A stretch of DNA of 64,000 bases from Piromyces finnis finn (Eukaryota; Fungi; Neocallimastigomycota). Made by a program: the position numbers and the translations under genes. The stretch's first letter is position 1; each line of letters opens with the position of its first letter. Under the pieces are notes generated by a model. The model was not told where the DNA came from, searched no databases, and worked only from the letters and a program-made list of their open reading frames with translations. The stretch spans positions 1,054,001 through 1,118,000 of the forward strand of contig MCFH01000006.1 of the NCBI GenBank assembly GCA_002104945.1, given 5' to 3'. Shown here in pieces: positions 49,101 through 59,700 of the stretch.

Positions 49101-50666
49101 AGAGTTAATGAATGGGCATTGTATAATGAAATGGAATTTGGTATCCAGAAATGTTCAACGATGGTGATTCGTCCTGAATCAATAGAAAATCAGAACAAGA
49201 GAGATCCAACATTTTACTTAGCAGGACAACCCATTCCAACTACTGATTGTTATACTTATCTTGGTGTTCCATTTGATAAGAATCTGTCCCTTAAACCAGT
49301 AATTAAAGCTCTTAATAACAAGGTTTTGAAAGGGCTTTTCTCAGTCAGTAAATTCTTAAGAAATCCTAATATTCCTATTCCTTTCAAAAAACTAGTACTT
49401 AACTCACAAGTGATTAGCAGAGTTTCATACTTTGCACCATTACTTGGATCCAACAAAGCTAGGTCTAGGATTGCTCAGAAGCATGTTAACAAAGGAATAC
49501 GATGGGTTGCCGGAGTTCATAAAGCTGTATCGTTTATATCTTTATACTCTATCTCAAAAGATTTGAATATTCCTCCATTGTCAGCCAAATGTGCGTTAGC
49601 TCAGGTTAGATGTTTTAACAAATGGAAAAACTCAAATTGTATTATCTCACACCTTGTCAATTACATTCCTAAATTTAGAAAATACACGTGGTGCAAATCA
49701 AGTAGGACACTTGATAAAAAACTAAAGAAACATGGAGATGTTAAAGCAGTTAAAAACTTTTATTGGAAAGATCTCAAAAGGAATTCAATCAAAGCGCAAT
49801 ATTATGATGATAATAAATTTATTGAAACTAAAGATTTTATTAAATTATGTTATGAATACCCAGAGTTTGCCTATGGCTTCTACTGGCTATTGAAAGCAAG
49901 AAGCGGATACAAGTTGGATGCTAGAGTTGCCAAAGCTGCTAAATTTGTTGATCCAGTTTGTCCTAACTACTGTCCATGTTGCAAGTGTGGAGATCAAAGT
50001 ATTAAACATTGGTTATTAGATTGTCCAACATTTAGAGATATCCGTATTAAACATTATGATTCCATAGTCCAGCTATTAAATTTTTTCAGTCAACGTAATT
50101 CCAATAGTCCTATCAATAATAATGAAATTGATAATATCAGTAGAGATAGCAATAACATTAATAGTAATAGTAACAATAGTAGTAATAACAATAGTAATAG
50201 TAACAATAGTAATAGTAACAATAGTAATAATAACAATAATAGAAATAATAATATTAGTAATGATAGCAATAGTGAAGATAATAATTCTAATTTAGATAGT
50301 AATTTAGTTAATGATAGTAATAGTTCTAATAATCCGGTGAATATTAATGTGTATGATTATTCTAGTGTGTGCAGTGAAATATTTAAATTCCTTCTTGGGG
50401 GAAGAAGTTTTAACAATATTAATTACAATTCAAGGGAATGGAAAGAACTTTGTAAGCGTCAGATTCAATCTGGTACTAACGAAGGAACACCATTCTTGAC
50501 GGTAACCGCGGAACTTCTAACCAAAATCATGCCTTTTGCTATTGGCCAGCAATGGACAATGTTCAAAAGGTTTGAAGCAACATCCAAGAGCGTCAATGCT
50601 GAAGAAACAGTAAGACAGGCCAGGAGGGCCAGCGCAACCAATGGAGATCATAATTTTGTTCCATGA
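46143..50666 (+). CDS. 1507-aa retrotransposon polyprotein: RRM-like N-terminus, APE-type endonuclease, reverse transcriptase, CCHC zinc knuckle, Asn-rich insert
   Basis: APE: SWNTNG, FQET, GDFN, SDIDH, SDHKP. RT: ASGPDG, YRGISL, QFGFR, FLDLRKAYDSV, GVRQGCPLSPILFNLFIND, LFADD, YTYLG. C-terminal CPCCKCGDQSIKHWLLDC. Confidence 0.95.
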   Translation: MSVLYIKDKNYIRRGTRSYGIPLDDIRSFFIRGIRSWSVNMLWEKLEVILEDKFNSVISVKYFQTFNDHFFLVKVHGSSKDCIKILHMLKKKLSVTSISFSARSRRNHKYTFSTLKRKILVSNKHQHSIQQSFQQSVQQSHQQSDLQLDLQQDLQQVSNHENIPDLQQTQFHSQHSTINSNSSINSDNSSIVDSSSVSQPSSNSSTYSSDASSINNDDFNNNNNSNDSSSSNKPDNFSFCLSWNTNGWNHEKRDSISYFTAIFKPLFLCFQETGNGSGSNTDYPCRVTLRNYRHFFKKADESVPGMRGLYLGFHNSCQASLENFSGKYIISIYTFSLWNRFKCSIGNVYMPHSHHNIYVDHAKLEVRLWLQTHSSHPSILVGDFNMSKVKLSNWLSTNGLGDWEILPLRGSTISWTRGDQSSDIDHALINSKMKDLIHSGSFINNFYPVSDHKPLLINGKIIPMEDFSNDFNVPKKILKWNRLKCIEEKESILSHNKFQILSAKSNDPNVSTDELSKEFTSTAFSIADELSITSANNVIKSSFHISQQIFNLQKIKMKLYKRFKKERIYDIDEFIKRIKIYRKLIDYIHKRCNEFRKQEYLHWIKTGCEYMKSHNPKKAWKWIKKTAKIGKDSFFIAQPIKNKNGELVVATEEQLEVWHDHFEKLASDPSGVSLDLEHWYEEPMNKRFSLPMLDEWDINQDISIDEVKSAILTTPNYKASGPDGIPIEFYKALIPSSNDSNNATDNNSSGNTTSDNDAHGLNFILKLFNRIWDGDFPNSWNESSIVSIPKKGDLTDCDNYRGISLINNGIKLISKIVTTRISEYGLKNNFIRPEQFGFRKKEESISLFISIQEICRRRQLDNKETYLAFLDLRKAYDSVPIGNILHKLDCLGIRGKSLQFIKNLYLTSKANVKLDGQFSKSFDVKKGVRQGCPLSPILFNLFINDIFRECEDLGVSLGDTRCCGGLFADDIVICAPTRGCLKKMLRRVNEWALYNEMEFGIQKCSTMVIRPESIENQNKRDPTFYLAGQPIPTTDCYTYLGVPFDKNLSLKPVIKALNNKVLKGLFSVSKFLRNPNIPIPFKKLVLNSQVISRVSYFAPLLGSNKARSRIAQKHVNKGIRWVAGVHKAVSFISLYSISKDLNIPPLSAKCALAQVRCFNKWKNSNCIISHLVNYIPKFRKYTWCKSSRTLDKKLKKHGDVKAVKNFYWKDLKRNSIKAQYYDDNKFIETKDFIKLCYEYPEFAYGFYWLLKARSGYKLDARVAKAAKFVDPVCPNYCPCCKCGDQSIKHWLLDCPTFRDIRIKHYDSIVQLLNFFSQRNSNSPINNNEIDNISRDSNNINSNSNNSSNNNSNSNNSNSNNSNNNNNRNNNISNDSNSEDNNSNLDSNLVNDSNSSNNPVNINVYDYSSVCSEIFKFLLGGRSFNNINYNSREWKELCKRQIQSGTNEGTPFLTVTAELLTKIMPFAIGQQWTMFKRFEATSKSVNAEETVRQARRASATNGDHNFVP

Positions 50667-50679
50667 CAAAATTTTGATC
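50646..50679 (+). other. 14-bp stem-loop spanning the retrotransposon stop codon (also 45081-45114 and in copies 3, 4)
   Basis: gatcataattttgt-tccatg-acaaaattttgatc, 13 of 14 positions paired. Confidence 0.6.
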
Positions 50680-50902
50680 TTTGGCTCGGTGTCCCATTGG
50701 AAGTCAAATACAATTATTATACTTTAGTATGATAGTGGCTTTCTTACTTTAATTAAAATTACTAGAATACATTATACCCAATTTTTATTCATTTGTGTTT
50801 AATTAAACATATTTTTTTTATTTTTATTTTTATTTTTATTTTTATATTACATGTATTATAATTTTAATTAAATTAATAATAAAGTTTAAAATATTTGATG
50901 CC

Positions 50903-50950
<48 letters not shown>

Positions 50951-50954
<4 letters not shown>

Positions 50955-53900
50955 ATGCTTGGTGCCCTCTTAGGAACGTGCCTTCATTTATTTAATAATG
51001 GAGTTTATCAAGGGGGTCTACTCATGCTCATGGTACTGAGAGAGTAGAAAGAATTAAATCCAAGCATTGCGCAATGGATGCTTGGTTAGTCTTTAAGGGA
51101 AAATTATTAGGACTAAGCTCATGGTACTGAGCGATTAAAAAACATTTTATTCATCGAATTTAAGTATTTGATGAATAAGTTGAATGTTTGATACTCAGGT
51201 AAGTTTGTATAGTATTTAATTAGAAGAGTAATACATTTTGTTGCTGTATTTTTTCTTTTATTCATGTATTCATGTAGTACTACTCTTCTCTTGTAAGAAT
51301 CCAATGTAGTCAACTTTAGCATTTGCATTGTATTTTTATATTCATGTAGCTATTGTTGTATTGTTTCTTGTAAGAGACTGATTCACTCTACATCATGTAA
51401 AAATACTATTCACAAGCTTTCTGGTGTCGACATTCTTGATTCAAATTTTTTACCAATTTAAATATTTAATGAAAAGTAAAGTCAAACAATTTTAGTGTCA
51501 AAAAGCGAATCGAATTTACTAACAATAAACCAAAACTAGAATTTTTAAAGAAAATTTACAACTAGAATTCAAAAAAAAAAAAAAAAAGAAACTTTAAACA
51601 AAGCATCGTAACAATTTTTGTACTATCCAGTACTTTTAAGAAGAGAGAGAGAGACAGATTTTTTTCCATATACGTTATATTTGTAATTTTTATTAGTATT
51701 TATTTTATATTCAATTTTTTTAATTAGAATTAATTATCATGTCAGTCCTTTATATTAAAGATAAGAATTATATCAGACGTGGTACCCGGTCTTTGGTATC
51801 CCCTTAGATGATATTCGCTCCTTCTTTATCCGTGGTATTCGATCATGGTCAGTAAATATGCTATGGGAAAAACTCGAGGTTATTCTAGATGATAAATTTA
51901 ATTCAGTTATTAGTGTTAAATATTTTCAGACTTTCAATGATCACTTTTTCTTAGTCAAGGTTCATGGTTCATCAAAAGATTGTATTAAAATCTTACACAT
52001 GTTAAAGAAGAAACTTTCAGTTACCTCAATTTCCTTTTCAGCTCGTAGTAGAAGGAATCACAAATACACTTTTTCCACTCTCAAACGTAAAATTTTAGTT
52101 TCTAATAAACATCAACATTCTATTCAACAATCATTTCAACAATCAGTTCAACAATCTCATCAACAATCCGATCTTCAACAAGATCTTCAACAAGATCTTC
52201 AACAAGTTTCCCATCATGAAAATATTCCAGATCTACAGCAAATACAATTTCAATCTCAACATTCAACAATTAATTCTAATAGCTCTATCAACTCTGATAA
52301 CAGTTCAATAGTTGATAGTTCTTCAGTTTCACAGCCATCTAGTAATAGTTCTACTTATTCCTCTGATGCATCATCCATTAATAACGATGACTTTAATAAT
52401 AATAATAGCAACGATTCTTCCTCATCCAACAAGCCTGATAACTTTTCTTTTTGTCTTAGTTGGAACACCAATGGGTGGAATCACGAAAAGAGAGATAGTA
52501 TTAGCTATTTCACAGCTATTTTCAAACCATTATTTCTATGTTTCCAAGAAACTGGTAATGGTTCTGGATCGAATACAGATTATCCTTGTCGTGTTACTTT
52601 GCGAAACTATAGACACTTTTTCAAGAAAGCTGACGAATCAGTTCCAGGAATGAGAGGTTTATATTTAGGTTTTCACAATTCGTGTCAAGCCTCACTTGAA
52701 AACTTCTCTGGAAAGTATATTATTTCTATTTATACTTTTAGTCTCTGGAATAGATTCAAATGCTCGATTGGTAATGTTTATATGCCTCATAGTCATCACA
52801 ACATCTATGTTGATCATGCAAAGTTAGAAGTTCGCTTGTGGTTACAAACTCATTCATCCCATCCATCGATTCTTGTTGGTGATTTTAATATGTCTAAAGT
52901 AAAATTATCCAACTGGTTATCAACTAATGGATTAGGAGATTGGGAAATTCTTCCGCTTAGAGGGTCGACTATCTCTTGGACTCGAGGTGATCAATCTTCC
53001 GACATTGACCATGCTCTTATCAATTCGAAGATGAAAGATCTTATTCACTCAGGATCATTTATAAATAATTTTTATCCTGTATCAGACCATAAGCCACTTC
53101 TTATTAATGGTAAAATTATTCCTATGGAAGATTTTTCTAATGACTTTAATGTTCCTAAGAAAATTCTGAAATGGAATAGATTAAAATGTATTGAGGAAAA
53201 GGAATCTATTCTCAGTCATAATAAATTCCAAATACTTTCAGCAAAATTCAACGATCCTAATGTTTCTACAGATGAACTTTCCAAAGAGTTTACTTCAACT
53301 GCTTTTTCAATTGCAGACGAGCTCAGTATTACCTCAGCAAATAATGTTATAAAGTCTTCATTTCATATTTCACAACAAATTTTTAATCTTCAAAAAATCA
53401 AAATGAAGTTGTATAAGAGTTTTAAAAAAGAAAGAATTTATGATATAGATGAATTTATTAAAAGAATTAAAATCTACCGTAAGCTCATTGATTACATCCA
53501 CAAAAGATGTAATGAATTTAGGAAACAAGAATATCTTCATTGGATTAAAACAGGATGTGAGTATATGAAGAGTCATAATCCTAAGAAGGCCTGGAAATGG
53601 ATCAAGAAAACTGCAAAAATTGGAAAAGATTCTTTCTTTATTGCTCAACCAATTAAAAATAAAAATGGAGAATTAGTTGTTGCTACGGAAGAACAACTAG
53701 ATGTGTGGCATGATCATTTCGAAAATCTTGCATCAGATCCAAGTGGTGTAAGTCTTGATTTGGAGCATTGGTATGAAGAACCAATGAATAAACGTTTTTC
53801 ACTTCCTATGCTTGATGAGTGGGATATCAACCAAGATATTAGTATTGATGAAGTCAAGTCAGCTATCCTCTCTACTCCAAATTATAAAGCATCAGGTCCG

Positions 53901-56491
53901 GATGGTATTCCAATTGAATTTTACAAAGCATTAATTCCATCAAGTAATGATTCTAATAATGCTACAGTAATAATTCTTCTGGTAATACTACTTCAGATAA
54001 TGATGCTCATGGTTTAAATTTTATTCTTAAATTATTTAACCGTATTTGGGATGGAGATTTCCCCAACTCATGGAATGAATCCAGTATTGTTTCTATTCCT
54101 AAGAAGGGAGATTTGACAGATTGTGATAACTATCGAGGTATATCACTTATCAATAATGGTATTAAGTTGATCTCCAAAATTGTCACCACTAGAATCTCAG
54201 AATATGGTCTAAAGAATAATTTCATTAGACCTGAACAATTTGGTTTTCGAAAAAAGGAAGAAAGTATCAGTCTTTTCATTTCAATCCAAGAAATATGCCG
54301 TAGACGTCAATTAGATAATAAAGAGACATATTTGGCCTTTTTAGATCTCAGGAAAGCATACGATTCAGTCCCAATCGGTAATATTCTCCATAAATTAGAT
54401 TGTTTAGGAATCCGAGGTAAGAGTTTACAATTTATCAAAAATTTATATTTAACATCTAAGGCTAATGTCAAATTAGATGGACAATTCTCGAAATCTTTTG
54501 ATGTGAAGAAAGGAGTCCGTCAAGGTTGCCCACTTTCTCCTATTCTCTTTAATCTCTTTATTAATGATATATTTAAAGAGTGTGAAGATCTAGGAGTCAG
54601 TTTAGGTGACACTCGATGCTGTGGTGGACTTTTTGCAGATGATATAGTTATTTGTGCTCCAACAAGAGGATGCTTAAAAAAGATGCTTAGAAGAGTTAAT
54701 GAATGGGCCTTGTATAATGAAATGGAATTTGGTATCCAGAAATGTTCAACGATGGTGATTCGTCCTGAATCAATAGAAAATCAGAACAAGAGAGATCCAA
54801 CATTTTACTAGCAGGACAACCCATTCCAACTACTGATTGCTATACTTATCTTGGTGTTCCATTTGATAAGAATTTGTCCCTTAAACCAGTAATTAAAGCT
54901 CTTAATAACAAGGTTTTGAAAGGACTTTTCTCAGTCAGTAAATTCTTAAGAAATCCTAATATTCCTATTCCTTTCAAAAAACTAGTACTTAACTCACAAG
55001 TGATTAGCAGAGTTTCATACTTTGCACCATTACTTGGATCCAACAAAGCTAGGTCTAGGATTGCTCAGAAGCATGTTAACAAAGGAATACGATGGGTTGC
55101 CGGAGTTCATAAAGCTGTATCGTTTATATCTTTATACTCTATCTCAAAAGATTTGAATATTCCTCCATTGTCAGCCAAATGTGCATTAGCTCAGGTTAGA
55201 TGTTTTAACAAATGGAAAAACTCAAATTGTATTATCTCACACCTTGTCAATTACATTCCTAAATTTAGAAAATACACGTGGTGCAAATCAAGTAGGACAC
55301 TTGATAAAAAACTAAAGAAGCATGGAGATGTTAAAGCAGTTAAAAACTTTTATTGGAAAGATCTCAAAGGGAATTCAATCAAAGCGCAATATTATGATGA
55401 TAATAAATTTATTGAAACTAAAGATTTTATTAAATTATGTTATGAGTACCCAGAGTTTGCCTATGGCTTCTACTGGCTATTGAAAGCAAGAAGCGGATAC
55501 AAGTTGGATGCTAGAGTTGCCAAAGCTGCCAAATTTGTTGATCCAGTTTGTCCTAACTACTGTCCATGTTGCAAGTGTGGAGATCAAAGTATTAAACATT
55601 GGTTATTAGATTGTCCAACATTTAGAGATATCCGTATTAAACATTATGATTCCATAGTCCAGCTATTAAATTTTTTCAGTCAACGTAATTCCAATAGTCC
55701 TATCAATAATAATGAAATTGATAATATCAGTAGAGATAGAATAACATAATAGTAATAGTAACAATAATAATAACAATAGTAATAATAACAATAGTAATAG
55801 TAACAATAGTAATAATAACAATAGTAGTAATAGAAATAATAATATTAGTAATGATAGCAATAGTGAAGATAATAATTCTAATTTAGATAGTAATTTAGTT
55901 AATGATAGTAATAGTTCTAATAATCCGGTGAATATTAATGTGTATGATTATTCTAGTGTGTGCAGTAAAATATTTAAATTCCTTCTTGGGGGAAGAAGTT
56001 TTAACAATATCAATTACAATTCAAGGGAATGGAAAGAACTTTGTAAGCGTCAGATTCAATCTGGTACTAATGAAGGAACACCATTCTTGACGGTAACCGC
56101 GGAACTTCTAACCAAAATCATGCCTTTTGCTATTGGCCAGCAATGGTCAATGTTCAAAAGGTTTGAAGCAACATCCAAGAGCGTCAATGCTGAAGAAACA
56201 GTAAGACAGGCCAGGAGGGCCAGCGCAACCAATGGAGATCATAATTTTGTTCCATGACAAAATTTTGATCTTTGGCTCGGTGTCCCATTGGAAGTCAAAT
56301 ACAATTATTATACTTTAGTATGATAGTGGCTTTCTTACTTTAATTAAAATTACTAGAATACATTATACCCAATTTTTATTCATTTGTGTTTATTTAAACA
56401 TATTTTTTTTATTTTTATTTTATTTTAATTTTTTATTACATGTATTATAATTTTAATTAAATTAATAATAAAGTTTAAAATATTTGATGCC

Positions 56492-56567
<76 letters not shown>
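50951..56567 (+). mobile_element. Non-LTR retrotransposon copy 3, full length, ORF (ATG 51739, stop 56257) broken by several 1-nt deletions, poly(A) ~73 nt
   Basis: Near-identical to copy 2. Frameshifts at ~51794, ~53968, ~54809 and ~55740. Poly(A) at 56495-56567. Confidence 0.93.
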
Positions 56568-56569
<2 letters not shown>

Positions 56570-56794
56570 CATTTATTTAATAAATGTAGTTTCTCAAGGG
56601 GTCTACTCATGCTCATGGTACTGAGAGAGTAGAAAGAATTAAATCCAAGTATTGCGCAATGGATGCTTGGTGCCCTCTTAGGAACGTGCCTTCATTTATT
56701 TAATAAATGTAGTTTCTCAAGGGGGTCTACTCATGCTCATGGTACTGAGAGAGTAGAAAGAATTAAATCCAAGCATTGCGCAATGGATGCTTGG
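56568..56794 (+). repeat. Tandem ~124-bp 5' monomers (partial 56568-56670 + full 56671-56794); single full monomers also at 45371-45493, 50963-51085, 62290-62412
   Basis: Unit tgccctcttaggaacgtgcc...gcgcaatggatgcttgg is directly repeated. Right-end monomer fragments precede the full monomer in copies 3, 4 and 5. Confidence 0.9.
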
Positions 56795-59700
56795 TTAGTC
56801 TTTAAGGGAAAATTATTAGGACTAAGCTCATGGTACTGAGCGATTAAAAAACATTTTATTCATCGAATTTAAGTATTTGATGAATAAGTTGAATGTTTGA
56901 TATTCAGGTAAGTTTGTATAGTATTTAATTAGAAGAGTAATACATTTTGTTGCTGTATTTTTTCTTTTATTCATGTATTCATGTAGTACTACTCTTCTCT
57001 TGTAAGAATCCAATGTAGTCAACTTTAGCATTTGCATTGTATTTTTATATTCATGTAGCTATTGTTGTATTGTTTCTTGTAAGAGACTGATTCACTCTAC
57101 ATCATGTAAAAATACTATTCACAAGCTTTCTGGTGTCGACATTCTTGATTCAAATTTTTTACCAATTTAAATATTTAATGAAAAGTAAAGTCAAACAAGT
57201 TTAGTGTCAAAAAGCGAATCGAATTTACTAACAACAAACCAAAACTAGAATTTTTAAAGAAAATTTACAACTAGAATTCAAAAAAAGAAACTTTAAACAA
57301 AGCATCGTAACAATTTTTGTACTATCCAGTACTTTTAAGAAGAGAGAGAGAGACAGATTTTTTTCCATATACGTTATATTTATAATTTTTATTAGTATTT
57401 ATTTTATATTCAATATTTTTAATTAGAATTTATTATCATGTCAGTCCTTTATATTAAAGACAAGAATTATATCAGACGTGGTACCCGGTCTTATGGTATC
57501 CCCTTAGATGATATTCGCTCCTTCTTTATCCGTGGTATTCGATCATGGTCAGTAAATATGCTATGGGAAAAACTCGAGGTTATTCTAGAAGATAAATTTA
57601 ATTCAGTTATTAGTGTTAAATATTTTCAGACTTTCAATGATCACTTTTTCTTAGTCAAGGTTCATGGTTCATCGAAAGATTGTATTAAAATCTTACACAT
57701 GTTAAAGAAGAAACTTTCAGTTACCTCAATTTCCTTTTCAGCTCGTAGTAGAAGGAATCACAAATACACTTTTTCCACTCTCAAACGTAAAATTTTAGTT
57801 TCTAATAAACATCAACATTCTATTCAACAATCATTTCAACAATCAGTTCAACAATCTCATCAACAATCCGATCTTCAACTAGATCTTCAACAAGATCTTC
57901 AACAAGTTTCCCATCATGAAAATATTCCAGATCTACAGCAAACACAATTTCAATCTCAACATTCAACAATTAATTCTAATAGCTCTATCAACTCTGATAA
58001 CAGTTCAATAGTTGATAGTTCTTCAGTTTCACAGCCATCTAGTAATAGTTCTACTTATTCCTCTGATGCATCATCCATTAATAACGATGACTTTAATAAT
58101 AATAATAATAGCAACGATTCTTCCTCATCCAACAAGCCTGATAACTTTTCTTTTTGTCTTAGTTGGAACACCAATGGGTGGAATCACGAAAAGAGAGATA
58201 GTATTAGCTATTTCACAGCTATTTTCAAACCATTATTTTATGTTTCCAAGAAACTGGTAATGGTTCTGGATCGAATACAGATTATCCTTGTCGTGTTACT
58301 TTGCGAAACTATAGACACTTTTTCAAGAAAGCTGACGAATCAGTTCCGGGAATGAGAGGTTTATATTTAGGTTTTCACAATTCATGTCAAGCCTCACTTG
58401 AAAACTTCTCTGGAAAGTATATTATTTCTATTTATACTTTTAGTCTCTGGAATAGATTCAAATGCTCGATTGGAATGTTTATATGCCTCATAGTCATCAC
58501 AACATCTATGTTGATCATGCAAAGTTAGAAGTTCGCTTGTGGTTACAAACTCATTCATCCCATCCATCGATTCTTGTTGGTGATTTTAATATGTCTAAAG
58601 TAAAATTATCCAACTGGTTATCAACTAATGGATTAGGAGATTGGGAAATTCTTCCGCTTAGAGGGTCTACTATCTCTTGGACTCGAGGTGATCAATCTTC
58701 CGACATTGACCATGCTCTTATCAATTCGAAGATGAAAGATCTTATTCACTCAGGATCATTTATAAATAATTTTTATCCTGTATCAGACCATAAGCCACTT
58801 CTTATTAATGGTAAAATTATTCCTATGGAAGATTTTTCTAATGACTTTAATGTTCCTAAGAAAATTCTGAAATGGAATAGATTAAAATGTATTGAGGAAA
58901 AGGAATCTATTCTCAGTCATAATAAATTCCAAATACTTTCAGCAAAATTCAACGATCCTAATGTTTCTACAGATGAACTTTCCAAAGAGTTTACTTCAAC
59001 TGCTTTTTCAATTGCAGACGAGCTCAGTATTACCTCAGCAAATAATGTTATAAAGTCTTCATTTCATATTTCACAACAAATTTTTAATCTTCAAAAAATC
59101 AAAATGAAGTTGTATAAGAGATTTAAAAAAGAAAGAATTTATGATATAGATGAATTTATTAAAAGAATTAAAATCTACCGTAAACTCATTGATTACATCC
59201 ACAAAAGATGTAATGAATTTAGGAAGCAAGAATATCTTCATTGGATTAAAACAGGATGTGAGTATATGAAGAGTCATAATCCTAAGAAGGCCTGGAAATG
59301 GATCAAGAAAACTGCAAAAATTGGAAAAGATTCTTTCTTTATTGCTCAACCAATTAAAAATAAAAATGGAGAATTAGTTGTTGCTACGGAAGAACAACTA
59401 GATGTGTGGCATGATCATTTCGAAAATCTTGCATCAGATCCAAGTGGTGTAAGTCTTGATTTGGAGCATTGGTATGAAGAACCAACGAATAAACGTTTTT
59501 CACTTCCTATGCTTGATGAGTGGGATATCAACCAAGATATTAGTATTGATGAAGTCAAGTCAGCTATCCTCACTACTCCAAATTATAAAGCATCAGGTCC
59601 GGATGGTATTCCAATTGAATTTTACAAAGCATTAGTTCCATCAAGTAATGATTCTAATAATGCTACAGATAATAATTCTTCTGGTAATACTACTTCAGAT

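Larger units (their letters stand above)
45371..50950 (+). mobile_element. Non-LTR retrotransposon copy 2, full length, intact single ORF, poly(A) ~45 nt
   Basis: 772-bp 5' UTR, ORF 46143-50666, ~240-bp 3' UTR with AATAAA, poly(A) at 50906-50950. Confidence 0.95.

Noticed and set aside
56671-56794. Monomer as a 5S rRNA, snRNA, tRNA or SL RNA target gene
   Set aside because: The size is similar to 5S, but I recognised no 5S, U1/U2/U4/U5/U6 or tRNA sequence motifs on either strand. A degenerate partial monomer continues into the element body, which suggests it is element-derived.
56568-56794. CRISPR-like repeat array
   Set aside because: These are directly abutting monomers with no unique spacers, in a eukaryotic context with no cas genes.
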